Shown here one piece after another: positions 1-14,100 of a stretch of 58,889 nucleotides of DNA. Positions within the stretch are counted from its first letter, which is position 1; every line of letters begins with the position of its first letter. Under the pieces are notes generated by a model that saw only the letters and a program-made list of their open reading frames with translations, had not been told where the DNA came from and ran no database searches. A program made the translations under genes and the position numbers. The DNA is from Seison nebaliae (lineage: Eukaryota): positions 62,001-120,889 of the forward strand of contig JALJEE010001494.1 in assembly GCA_023231475.1 (NCBI GenBank). Direction: 5' to 3'.

Positions 1-261
1 CTGATTAAATTTTCATTATCCATTTTCCCTACTTCCATCCCCCCAAATTTTATCAGTTACTGTACTTCGATCTAATCATTCTCATTATGTCATCATCTAT
101 TTGATGATCTCTTATTATTTTCTTATCACTGATTTCTTCCCAATATCCTTTTTCACGATCTCCATTCGTCTCCAACATGATATTGTACGTGCATGCACGA
201 AGTAGAAAAAAAGAAGATTAAATCTTCTTCTTCTTTTTTTCATCAAATCGTTGTTAGACGA

Positions 262-305
262 GATGGATGGATGGATGGATGGATGGATGGATGGATGGAT
301 GGATG
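262..305. repeat. (GATG)n microsatellite
   Basis: About 11 tandem GATG units read directly from the sequence. Confidence 0.95.
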
Positions 306-668
306 AATGATATCAATGAGAGAACTATTACATTTTATGTTACTGATTTAAAGATTCTTCTCATCTATTATCTTACTTGAAATTTTTATGTCGTCATTCA
401 TATGAAGTAGCAGCTAATTCCATTCTATTATTCAACTACTTCCTCCCGTCCCACTAGATAACTGAAGGTGTCATCTCATTACAATGACGACTTATGACTA
501 GAGTAGATTGCATATATCAAACTTCATTTCTCTTCTGCTGCTATGACTTACTGATCAATCGACAATGCATTTCGTTGACGACATCCAAATGCTTCCTCTT
601 CTAGTCAGCACTACACGATGAGACCATGTCACATTGTGATTCCCTCTATAAGCATTTGGCGGCGAATT

Positions 669-3600
669 ATGTCGATACATCTACTGTTTGCACTTTTTGC
701 CGTCACAAATGCTTTCTCCAAAAACCGGATGTCGTCAACGGCATATGGCTACCGTCCTGGTGACATACTTCTTGGTGGCTTAGCTCCAGTTCATTTAAAA
801 GTTTCTCTCCCTCCACTTTCGATTCTCTTAATAAATTGGTTCTCCAATTTCTATCATGTTTTAGAGCGAAGACGGAACGACTTGTGGCCGGTTGAATTTA
901 GATCGTGGACTACAACGCGTCGAAGCAATGTTGTATTCAATCGATCGTATTAATCGAGAACCTGATACCAGATTGGATAATAACTTACGGTTTGGTATCA
1001 TGATTAAAGATACATGTTCGCGTGACAAATTTGCACGTCAACAATCGATGGAATTTGTTCGAAGACGAATTTCGCGAACGGATTGTTCGAAGAATAATCA
1101 GCCGAATGAATTACAATATATTCCGATTGTTGTCGGCGCCTCATATAGTGGCGTCAGTTCGGCCGTTGCCAATTTATTACAATTATTCGAAATATCATTA
1201 GTCAGCTACGCAAGTACGGGAGAGATTCTGAGTGATCGAGAAAACTTTGAATATTTTGCCCGAACCGTTCCATCTGATACTCAACAAATTGAAGCGATTG
1301 CTGATATTATTCAATATCTAAATTTTACTCATATATCCTATGTGGTTTCTGCTGGTGCTTATGGTCAATCAGCCACCAGAGTATTAAACGAAGCGATGAA
1401 GAAACGAGATGTTTGTGTCGCTGATAAATTGGTGATTGAGAATAAGCCTCAACAGAAACATTATGATAGTATTGCAACTCGATTGATCAAGAATGAAAAT
1501 TCAAATATTATCGTTCTATTTACTCGATCTGATGATACTACGGAATTGTTGAAAGCGATTAGTCATAGGAATAAAACTAATCGATTCCTTTTCATTGCCA
1601 GTGATGGTTGGGGTATGCAATCAAGTGTTGTAGCTCATAATCATGAGATTGCCAATGGTGCATTTACTCTAGAAATTAAATCGGTGAAAATGGATGAATT
1701 CCATCAATCTCTTCTCAATATCGGAAATAATGCCACCAGTTTTTATCATCGATCAAAAGCCAATCCTTGGCTTCGTGAATATTGGAAGGATCGATTCGGA
1801 TGTGAAATGAATCGACATTCAGTTCGATCTTCATTCTATGATTATAATTACTTCTCAAATGACAATAACGAAACATTTCGATTCTGCAACGACAAAGATC
1901 GATTGCCCAACGATTTGAAAATCGATTCGAAAGCACCATTCATTTATTATGCAGTGAAAGCGGCAGCTTTGGCTGTCAAAAGTGCATTGAGGCGTCTCGC
2001 CACTAACGGGACTTGTAGTCTCAATCGAATCGAGAGTTGTATGGAACAATTGAGATCAATCACTGGACAATTTTTATATGAACAACTTCTCGATGTTTCA
2101 TTCACCGGTTTAGATGGGGAACTCATTCGCTTCTCCGATACCGGTGATGGACAATCGATTTATACAATCATGAATTATCGTCGTGTTGATATGAATGATG
2201 AGGGATCGGGTTATGATTATTTTTCCATCGGAGAATGGAATAATGGAAAATTAGTTTTCCATAACGAAACCGATGTGGTTTGGCCATCACTATTAGTGAA
2301 CAATAGTGATCCATCAGCACTCCTTCCCATAACTCCGTGTGGTCGTCCATGTAAATTGAATGAAGTCACTCGAATTGGTAATGCTGATCCATGTTGTTGG
2401 AAATGTCATACGTGTGAAAAGACGAAAATTATGATAAATAATCGAACTGATTGTAGTGAATGTCCAACTGGTATGTTGGCAAATATTAATGGGACGTCAT
2501 GTGAACCGTTTCCTGTCGATTCGCTATCATTATTTGAATGGCGATATTCCGGTTTATCCATTTTTATGGGGGTGGTCGGTGTCATTTTAACGTTGTTGAC
2601 GATCGGTCTCTTTGGACAACGAAACGATACGCCAATTGTGAAAGCGAGTGCGTGTGAATTGAGTTATATTTCATTAACTGGTATATTAGTTTGTTACACC
2701 GTCTCATTTGTTTTGGTGTCACGACCGTCTATCTTCGTATGTGGACTTCAACGGTTTTGTAGCGGTTTTGGTTGTTCTATGATGTATGCAGCCATTCTCG
2801 TAAAGACGAATCGAATAGCTCGCATTTTTAATAGTGGGAGGAAGAATCCGAAACAAATGCAATATATCTCACCCAAATCACAAGTCATCATTTGTATCTT
2901 GTTAGTAGCGATTCAAGTGGTTCTCAGTATCGTTTGGCTCATCGTTTCACCTCCATCCACCCGCAATTCATACGAAAAGAACAAATATCCTTATGGCGTT
3001 CTCAAATGTAATGTAAAAGAAACGAGTTTCCTACTCTCCTTATCTTACAACGTTATACTCATTTTTATCTGTACTATCTACGCTATCAAAACGAGACGAG
3101 TACCGGAGAATTTTAACGAATCAAAATTTATCGCATTTTGTATGTATTCGACATGTGTCATTTGGTTGGCATTCATCCCAGTCACCATAGCAACGAAGGC
3201 TTATGTCACTTTGTATAAAGTTAGAATTTTCTATAAAACCATATGAAAATCATAAAACGAACAATATTAATTAGATGCAAATGGTGACGTTGTCATTAGC
3301 ATTTTCATTAAGTGCATCTGTCACTTTCTGGTCTTTGTTCGCTCCCAAAATTTATATAATTATTCTTCATCCGGAAAAGAATATGAGATTAGCACAAATG
3401 ACGAAAAAGACTTCCGTCCTCCGCTCCAACTCAATGAAAGGTGTCACTTATAAGAACGTGAATACGGGTGGGAGTAAATTTCCGAATTCATCGACCGTTT
3501 ATCGTAATAGTAAAGAATTGGGTTAGATCTTTCAATTTCAAATTTAACATTCAATCTCAAATTTAAAATTCAATTTAATTAATCGTAACAGATTCCTCTT

Positions 3601-5624
3601 TCCAGAAGAAGTTCAGTTCACATGAATCGGATGTGTTGGACACGAGTGAACATTACGAACATGAATGGTCAGATACGGGTCGTCGTTTTAGTGATAATTT
3701 CGGGCAGAAACGGAAGAAAATTTCATTTTTTAGATATTTACGAAATTTATTATTGTCATTTCTACCGATACGTCGCCGTTATTGTTCGAAACATCAACAA
3801 ACGACACCGTTGACTGGACGAAGTTTCCGTAGGAATGAAGAGAAATCTTTGATATTGAAACATTCGATTGAAGAAGAGAATGGTAAGAAGTTAGATAGTA
3901 ACAACAACAGTAATGTTCTAATTCTGGATGGGAATCGAAGAAAATCATTTCAAACTTCTCCAGCTTCATCCATCATATCAATTTGTCAAGAGAAGAGAAG
4001 ATCGACTCATGAGACGACATGTTTCACGAATATTCCTCGAAATCAATTGAGTGAGACGAATATCGTCAACAATCAAATGTTAGCGAAGACGATTAATAGT
4101 CGAATGAATTCTTCTCCAAATTCTTCTTCACCATCCTCTTCATCTTTAACTTCATCATCATTATTATTAAATAATAAAGATGTGAATGAAAAGAATAATA
4201 TCAGTTTGATTTCATTATCCATTCCATCAATTGCCATGACGACCAACCATAACATTATTCCGATACCGCCACCCGCAAACCTTTCTACACGTTTACCTCA
4301 ACAGGAATTGTTATCTGTCAATCCATTATCAACAATAATAACAACAACAACCACCGCCTCTACTAAGACCACCACCACAACAACAACATCATTTAATTCG
4401 TCTCCAGAATGTGGAGGGAATGAAGATAAAATTAAAAGATTTATTACCGGTGAAATAAATCAATCAACTGTCATGATAGTTGAAGATAAGAATTCAACAA
4501 CAACAACAACAACAGCAACACAACCAATCAAAAATCCTTTAGTCATTTCGAAAGGAGGATATAGTCGAAAGAAAGAAGAGAAGATGAAACAAAATAAATG
4601 TTCGAAATCCAATAAACGTTTACATAGTCATCGAAAGAATCATTTATGTGATTCGACTCAATTAATCGATGAAGTGATCGAACAAGCCAAACATACAATA
4701 GAGGAGAGTGAGAATATCATAATAAGTGCGGACGAATCTGCCAATTTAGTAGAAATGATGAATTCTATCAAATCCTTAAAAACTCCACATTTACATCGAA
4801 GTCTATTGAGTGTGGAACAATTTCATGAATTATCACATTCATCTGGTAAAGCGAATAATATTTTATTTCGTTCTAACGATTCACTAAAACAAAATCTCGA
4901 TGAATATTTCGAAGGAATTGATCATTCGATTATGGAAATGGCGAAGAAGTGTAAAATCAAACGACATTCCCGAACGGCTGATTCGTCTAATCGGAGGAAA
5001 CGTTTCCATAAATCGGTGGTGAAGAAACCATCAGAAATTACGTTTAATCCAATGATTTCCGATACACTCGCTAATCTGTCGACGACTACCCAAATCATTA
5101 AGCCATCAATGGTTGAACCAAAATCTCCAACTCTCTCATCAGAGAAAGATCATTTTTATAATAATTCGTTTAACCAAGTCTCATTCTATCCATCCAAATC
5201 TCATCATCATCAACATCACCATCATCATCAACATCAGCAGCAGTCGATTGATAGGAAACATAACGACAATCTCATCATCTGTGAGAGTACAGCTGATGAG
5301 AAAGTTAATGGGAAATCATCGAAGAATGGAAAGGAACCGTTAAAATATCGAATGATGACCAAAATGAGAAAACAACGACGGAAAGAAATCAAATCAGCCG
5401 AACCAGCAGGTGGTTGGAATCGTCGTCGAGTTAAGAAGATTCGTTTGTATAAGGCGAACGATGCAATGAAAACGGTAGCTACACAAACTAAATATAATAG
5501 TATCAGATATTATAAGAATCAAGCGATTAGTAGTCTGATGCCAAAAGAATTCCAATCAGCCACCTTGTCTACATTAACCAACGTCTCTTATATGGATATG
5601 CAAACACAACCGACAAAACATTAA
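669..5624 (+). CDS. Metabotropic glutamate receptor (class C GPCR), ~1588 aa, 4 exons
   Basis: Exons 669-800, 865-3219, 3275-3521, 3592-5624, joined by phase-consistent GT-AG introns of 64, 55 and 70 nt. Signal peptide; GDILLGGLAPVH; Venus-flytrap motifs RGLQRVEAM, GASYSGVS, SYAST, ASDGW; Cys-rich domain CCWKC; 7TM motifs TPIVKAS, KTNRIARIF, VPENFNESKFI, FAPKIYII. Exon 4 (the tail) is joined by phase logic only. Confidence 0.9.
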
Positions 5625-6402
5625 CATATCGATCGTGTCGTTAGGAGACCAGTCATTCGATAAAATCATCAGTTATCAATTGAAGAAAGTGAAGAGAATT
5701 TCTTCGTATTCCTTTTTTTTTGTATAAAAATTCATTGAAATTCTACAAAATTTATTCCTGTATGAGTAACTATTGTATCATTATTTCCAATCATCATAAT
5801 AATAATGATAAATTTCATAAAACCATTTCAATCATAATTCATTTCCAATCGTTTTCACAGATATTTTTAACGAAACATTTTACTTTTCCTTTCCCTCATT
5901 CTCCAAAATTCGTTCATTTAAATTCTTTCTTCGATTCACATCGACATAACGATCGATGTCACTCATTTCAATAAATTGTTAAAATTAACATCTCTTCCTA
6001 TTCCATCAAAATATTTCAAAATTAACATTCTCTTTCTAATAATCATCATCAGACAGACAAGAACAAATACCAGTTGGTTCTTTTACTGAATAAACTGTTA
6101 ATTTCTCTCGAAACAAATCAAGGCCATTGTATCTCACAGTCTGTCAGTCTCAGAAATATGTAATAAATTAATATGTTCTCCTTCGTCATTTGAACAACAA
6201 ACAATTGAAATTAAATATAGAAAATTTCCCGCTGCAGAACCATTAAGAAACTCATAAAGAAACTCTTCAAGATTTGATATTCATCTAATCAGTATCATGA
6301 GATATATCATAACAAATTAGATGAAATTAGTTTAGATAATTCAATTAAGCTTCTTAGCTTACTTCATTCTTACTGTTGTTAGTTAATTCATTAGAAAGAG
6401 GA

Positions 6403-7670
6403 ATGTCAAATTTGAAAATTCCAAAATGGTGTCAACACCTGAAAGTGCGACCAAATGGTTATGTAAAATTAGCGAGTTTACCGACACCCATCGAAAAATT
6501 CGAATTAACATGTTTACGTAATTCGAACGTCAATATTTCTATAAAACGAGACGATCTCACTGGATCGTCATTATCAGGAAATAAAGTGCCATTTGATTTC
6601 CATTTTCCAATTCTTCCAATTTGTAGGTGCGAAAACTTGAATATTTATTGGGTCATGCGATTAGTAATGGTAAGAAGAATATTTATACAGTTGGTGGTTG
6701 GCAATCAAATCATTGTCGCGCCACATCGATCGCTTGTCGTCAATTGAATTTATCGTGTAATCTCATTTTGAGAATGCCACCGAATTTCACTCAATCCTCC
6801 CCCAACGACTCCAAAAAGATCATCGACAACAGTTTACCATTAACATCTAATTATTTAATGAATCGAATTACGAGCGAAAATATTCATTATGTTCCTGCTA
6901 CTGCTAAATATCACGATCAGATTCTACCGTTTATTACCGATTTAATAAAAAAGTTCAAATTTTTAAATTTTTTTTTAAATTTCTATAATTTTCAATTATT
7001 CAAATAAGAAATGAACATGTCGACGATTCTTATGTGATTCCAATTGGCGGTTCGAATGCAGTGGGACTTTATGGATATCTCAATTGTTGGAACGAATTAA
7101 TGGAGCAGAATGTAACTGATCGTTTCACAGATATCTTCGTTACTTGTGGTAGTGGGGGAACAATAGCTGGCTTAGCCATCGGTAATCATCTAACCGGTTC
7201 TTCGTTAAGAATTCATGGAATTGCCGTTTGTGACAATAAGAGAATTTTTCTGGAAAGTATTAAAGAGGTGGTGGTAGAAATGGGATTAGGTGACGAGATT
7301 GATGTGGAATCAGAAGATTTTATTCATATAATCGACAACTATAAAGGAAAAGGATATTCGTTGAGTACGAACGATGAATTATCATTCACTTTAGATATAT
7401 TAACTGAAACTGGAATTTCTTTAGATCCAACTTATACAACGAAATGTGTTTATGGATTAATGAAAGAATTAACCAAATCAAATTCACTTCCTACTTATTT
7501 GAAAGGAAACGATATTCTATTTCTCAATACAGGTTCTATTATTTCTCATCATTCTTTTATATCTAAAAATCATCATTTTTATCATCATTCTCTAATGGGA
7601 AATTTGAACAGGTTCCACTTTCGGTTTAATGGACGATCGAATAAGAAATTATATGAACGAACAAAATTGA
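6403..7670 (+). CDS. D-cysteine desulfhydrase / ACC deaminase-like PLP enzyme, 4 exons
   Basis: Exons 6403-6585, 6627-6952, 7009-7532, 7612-7670. Splicing rebuilds IKRDDLTG..LSGNK|VRKLEY (PLP lysine), QSNHCRA, IPIGGSN, CGSGGTIAGL, LDPTYT and LFLNTG|STFGL. Confidence 0.9.
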
Positions 7671-8878
7671 GGAAGAGAAATCGATTTCATTCATTTATTG
7701 AAATTAAGCAAATTAGATAATATGTTACGATATTACTGTTACGGTTCCGATGATGATAAAATAATAATAATTAATTAACGTTAATAAATTTTAAATTTAT
7801 TAAATTTCTTCTTTCTTTTCTGATCAAATCTCTCGGAATGACAAAGAAGATGGATGAGGAAGAAACTCGTAAAATTTTACCTGTTTCTATAAAATCGTAA
7901 AACCATCATTTTCATATGTTCCCATCATAAGAGTTAAATTCATATTTTATGTACAAGACATTTTTAATAAGAAATAAAAAAATAATAAAGAAACGTCTCC
8001 TCATTATTTCAATGTCTTCCCGTCTCTCTCGAATATTGAAGAATGAGAATAATCTGTAGGCGAGAAATGGAGAAGAGAAATGAAAGTTCATTCGATTCAA
8101 AGAGGAACGAGTGTCTGTCTAATCTATATCTTAGGGGGGTAAAAGAAAAATCATTTTGATAAAGATGTACATCGGAAGAATTTTTGGGACGAATGGATGT
8201 CATTCATCAAATTGTTGTTGTTTATTTCATCGAATACTTTAGAAGTGGATGTGATCGTCGTTTTTGATGTGAGAGAAGTGAGAGAAAAAATTTTTTTATA
8301 AAAAATTATTCGAATTTTAAATCATAAAATACAAAAGAAGCAAATATATGCAGTATGTGTGTATGTCAGGTGTCTATGTGTACGTAATAAGAGTACGATG
8401 ATGATGATGATGGAAATCTCTCAAATTAATTTTTTTTATTCATTCTCTCCTCCTTCCATCAATAAAGACAAAAAGAGGATAACAAATTCGAATGAATGAA
8501 GAATTCGATTTGAGAAGATTTTAACGTTTTGAAATTAATAGAAATTATTGAGAAATTCAACGAGATCTCAATGGGAAGATATGAAGGAAGCTAATCTCTT
8601 TTTCAAATATGCATGATGATAATTGGAAGTTGAGGACAGATATATGTCAAATCTGATGAAAATGAAATGAAGTTTGGAAAATGAAAGAAATGTTGTAACG
8701 AAGAGGAATTCGGGCAAAAGAAATTTTCGGAAAAGAAATTTAAAACAAAATTTTTAGATTCTCTTTTTTTTTTCAACAAAAAAAGATAAATGATAATAAT
8801 TCAATCGATTCAGATAATAACAATTCTCTATCGAACCAAATTCCAGTCGATTTATTTTTTTTTTTGCACATAATAAAT

Positions 8879-11054
8879 TTAAGTCGCTTTTGTTTTACTG
8901 TTTCTCGGCAACGTAGCTGGGTCATTAGAACTGACACTCGTATTCGTATTACTGGAACCGAGAGTCGTGTTCCGTTTGAGGAAGAAAGATGGTGTTCGAA
9001 ATTTACTTTTCTTTCGACGAGGTTCGGTTCCTCCTTTCACTTTGGGTGTTCGTTCATCTTTTGAAGTATTCTATTCGTTTCAATAAACACATTTAATTCA
9101 AAATGGGAAGTCAAAAAAAGATTAACATCATTTGTGGAAATTGGATCTGAAGAATTATTTGTCATTTCGGTATTGATGGTGGCGGAGCTATTTATCATCA
9201 CATTTTGATTGCTGCCGTTCTTGCTGTCCGGAGTCTTCGCATCTCTTATCGCTTTTTGTGGAACGGCATTCGGTCGTAGATTCTCCTGTTCTGAAAATTA
9301 TAGGAAGAAAAAGAATTTTAGAAAATTGTAGAAAAAAATTTTAGAAAAAAAATTTTAGAAAATTATAAAAAAAAATTTTAGAAAATTGTAGAAAGAAAAT
9401 TTTTCGGAAGAAAAACTATGAAAATACTTTGAGAAAATTCACATAAACTTTTTGCAAAGAAAAAATATGAAAAAATTTTAAGACAAATCACATAAACTTT
9501 ATTTGAAATAGAAAATATGAAAAATTTTGATTAAATTCACATAAACTTTTTTCAAATAAAAAATATGAAAAATTTCACAGAAACTTTTTCAACATTTTTT
9601 GTTCAAGACCATTTTGTTTACCCAATTATCAATTGGAACACGACAATATCAAGACACAGAACTAAAAGATTGGTAAGAAAAACTTCCTTTTGAACACAAA
9701 TAACGGTATAATGGAAGATCAGTGGAAGAGTTCACGAAACATGTTCTAATTAATAATTAGTCATTTTAGAGTTTTGAGACAACGTGAAAAAATTGAAAGA
9801 ATATTTGGAGAAGATAGAAACTTACCAAGAAGAAGGAATGTTTTTGATTATCGTTGTGAATGATTTAAGAGGGAATAGAAAGAAATTTAATAAATTTTAA
9901 TCGAAATTCAAAATGATATTTTTATGTATAAGGAAGAAAAATTTTATGTATAAAATGATGTGATATGTTTAACTAGCTCTCAATCTAACTAACTAAGTTG
10001 TGTTATAGACGTAGCTAGCTAGTAATACTAGCCAGATGAAAGAAATAGAATGTTTTTTTTTTAAAGAAAAATCAGAGAATCTGTTGGAAGAAGACTAAGA
10101 GCTTTCAAGTCATTTAATCTGATGGGGGAAAAAAAGCTAATGATTTTTAACGATTATGTAAATTTCTCATTTAGCAACTAAATATTCGGATGGTATTGAT
10201 TTTCTGGATAGTGAATTGAAGATTTCGGGAGAGGAAGTGATGTTCGTATATGATTTGGTACTGATACTGTTGTTAGAATTACTCGTATTACTATGAGTTG
10301 AATCAGTCAATTGTGACTGACTAATGTAACGATGGAGATCATCAGTGGTAACGGTACCATTAGCATGGTGAATATAGATGGTATCATCTGGTGGTAATTG
10401 GGTAAGGTCACGACGGGAAAGAAGAATAGGTCGAGTGGGATTGATGGGAAGACGATTCTCTAACCAAGAAGCGTAGAGAGGATGAGCACCTAAAACCAAA
10501 TGACTTCCATCTTCTGATGTTTTTTGCTGATTCCGATTATAAACGTATTTTACATAAATATTCATCAAACGTTTCTTGTCGTTTGGATGAGAATCGGAGA
10601 ATAATTCCTCTGGAATTTCCGAGGGAGGAATGAGGAAGAAATGTTTCTCTCCACTCATCAATTTTACTGAGGCACCTCGAATGTTGGGATTGGCATTATT
10701 TGTTGTTAAGCTTACAGATGATGAATTAATGGTGAGATTATGATGACTGACAGATTTGTCAACAGATTGTCCACCATCTCTCTTTAAATCTTTCAATGTT
10801 CTCTTATCGTCGTGTAAGGAATGGTGGGAGATGTGTTTCTCCTTTTCGAACATATGAATTCCTGGCAACATTGAATTCCAATCGATATTTGATGGCAATT
10901 TCCTGGAGATATTGAGAGAAGAATCTCTCAATTTATTTTCTTTTAAATGATGTTTCACTTTCATCTGAGGAATTCGATTTATCGATACATTATTATTATT
11001 ATTATTATTCACCATTACATTCTGTTTAGTCTTTGAATGATGATGATGTTGTGG

Positions 11055-11106
<52 letters not shown>

Positions 11107-14100
11107 GGAAGTTGTTGATTGAAAGTTGTTGATTTGACGTTCTTAGAAGAATCGATGGATTTCCCATTATTTCTATTCGTGTTTGATAATGTCATTTGAC
11201 TCAATTGATAAGCTAATTTTTTTTTCTCATTCTCTTCTTCCACTTTCTTCATAATCTGTTGAGTGTAAAGGTTTGGTTTGGGTAAGAAAACGGTTTCCGT
11301 ATTTGTCATAACGTTTCCATTTATCTTCACATCATTCGATTTCCCTCCAATAATATTTGGACGTTGAGAATTCATTTTATTCTGGTCATTTGTCTCCCCT
11401 TGTTGTTGTACCGGTAAACGATAAGTTTTAGATGATTGATTAGTTATCGACGGAACAGAATCCGTATAACTCAAATTTAACGAATTCAAATTTAAACGAT
11501 CTGTCGTTATGTTGTTATTAGTGTTGTTCGGAAGAGTTTGTTGATGGTTTGGTTGAAATGTAACAGTATTCTGATTGAAAATCGGCACATTTAGATTGTG
11601 ATGGTTTTTATTTTGAAGTAAAACATGTTCCTCATACAAATTCGGCATAATGGTCGAAACTTCTGGAGATTGAAAATCGAATTTATCTTTCATTTTCAAT
11701 TTTTCCTCTTTCTCTTCTTCTTCTTCCATGAGGCGTTGTTCCAATTGTTTTTGATGTTCCATCATCAACAATTCTTTCTCTCTCAACAATTTCTTTCTTT
11801 CTATTTCCATCTCAAGTTGTTGCTCCTTCTTCTCTCGCTGCACTTTCCTTTCATTCTCCAATTGTTTCTCTTCGATTTCTCGAAGACGATTTTTTTCCAT
11901 TTCCAATTCTTTCAATTTCTCCATTTCCAAATTCTTCAATTTCTCCATTTCCATTTTCTTCATTTTTTCCATCAATTCTTCATCTTTTTTTTTCCTCAAT
12001 TTCTCTCGTTCCTCCTCAGCTAATTGTTGTTGCAATTGATATCTTAATTGCTCCCTCTCATATTCGAATTGACGTCTTTCATTTTCAAATCGATTCTTCT
12101 GTTTCTCCAATTCATTCTCTAATTCTTCCTTTTTGTTAATCTCGTCTAATAATTCCTGATTCTTCTTATCAATCTCTTTCTTCAACGGGAAACATTGTTC
12201 GTTCATCAATTTATTCTTCTCCTCCATCATTTCATTTATTTTCAAATTTAAATTTTCATTCACTTCCTTCAATTTTTCCGTTTGACGGTTATGGTTCACA
12301 TCGTTCAAATATGGATCGATCGTTCCGTCACTTTTATTTCTTCCATCCTCAGTCAATTGCGAGAGGGAATAATATGATTTCTTATTTTTCGATGAATCTA
12401 TATTCAATGATGTCATATTTACTGGCATCATTGATGCCGTTGGTGATGACGGCGACGGATTTGTTGTACAAGACAAAAATTGATTAGAAGGAAGTGAAGA
12501 TGATGGTGATGATATGGGTGTAATGACATGTCGTTTAGGAGATATAATCAATTTCTCTTCACTCGCAACAATATTGCCTTCACTCTTCCTATCATCGTCT
12601 GATGGTTTTTGTACGGGTGAATTATTCCATGAATTATTCGACCAATTTACTAAACTATCTCTCCAAACTCTCTTTCGATCTTCATCAATCAATTTCTTAT
12701 GATTGTTATACAAATCAAATTTATTTAGAGATTCATTTTTCCAAAAAATATTTTCTTTCTTTCCATTTTCTTCAGTTTTCTCATTTTCTTTTTTTTTCTC
12801 ATTTTCAAATTCTGATTGATCTTTCCTCGATGTATCATCAGTAAGATCGGTATCCACATCCGTTTTTATTCCCTTACCAGAATTATGTTCTACATTAATC
12901 GATTGACGATTCAATTTTATGGTACACGTATGTGTCGTCGATGTGATATTATTTTTATCCGATTCGGAATTTGTACTCGTTTTCCGGTTTCTATTCATCG
13001 ACTCACTTAATGAATGAACACTCGTCATTGAAATATTCATTGCATTATCATCATTAATTCGAACGGTCGTATTTGATTGTGAATGAATTGTATGAGTTCT
13101 CTCATCATCATCATCATCATCATTATTATTATTATTATCATCATTATTATCATCATTTTTTTCACTTTCTCTTTTATCTTCTTCAAATCTGTTCTCTTTT
13201 ATATCGTCGCCTCCAAATTTCTTTCTTTTCATATCATCTTTCTTCTCATCTTCCGTTATTGGTGTTTGTGATTTGGAGGAAGGATTCGAAGGAATTTCCG
13301 ATGACGTATCGGACGATTGTGATGTAACAATTTGACCATTATGACTCGACCAAGTAATTGGCATAAAAAATTCAGAGATAAAACAAGATTTTTTCTTTTC
13401 TTCCATTTGGAGAATATGTTTGTTCTGATTAATCGGTTCCAAATAAATCGGTTCATTATCATCATCAATTTTATCATATGGATTCTGATCATCATATTTA
13501 TTCGAATAATTTACTTTTTCAATCGATTCATTATTATTGGTTGGTGATCGAGATATTTCTTTCTTAATCGAATCATTCAAAATTTGTTTGGTGAGAATGG
13601 TAGCCATTGTATCATAATAATTTTTCCTCCAATCATCATCGTTTTTCACTTCGATTTTATTCAATTCATCATAATCATTATTATTATTATTCTTATTGTT
13701 GTCGTTGTTTGGAGGAGTCATTTGAGCATTTGATGATAAATTGATATTATCTTCACTTTTCTCTTCTTTTCTAATTTGATCATATTTCACTTTATTCTCC
13801 ATACCAGCGGTTGATGGAATTACATGATTAATTTCCATTTGAAGGTCATTCAATTTATTTCTTTGCTCTTCTCTCTCTTCTCTCTCATTCTCCTCCGAAT
13901 ATCCCGATACAATTATTTCATTAACAGAATAATTTGTGTCAAAACATTTCTCATTTTCATTCAAATTCTCATTTGACTCTATCAAAGGATGTTGATTGAT
14001 ATCTGTACCGTTATCCATGAGAAATGAAGGAACGAGAATTTCTTCATTATCGATTGATGGCAGATTAGATATGGGAGTGAGATTGTTCTCTGTCGAATTA

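Noticed and set aside
6403..7670. Recent bacterial horizontal transfer of ACC deaminase
   Set aside because: Three host-type introns and host composition; the family occurs in other eukaryotes. Only a phylogeny could show an older transfer.
9300..9590. CRISPR-like repeat array
   Set aside because: Eukaryotic context, degenerate tandem units without unique spacers, no cas genes.
9820..9972. Strong minus-strand GTAAGT donor at 9825 as another adducin exon
   Set aside because: No AG acceptor for ~145 nt upstream, and the resulting exon has a stop in the required frame; at most a UTR splice site.
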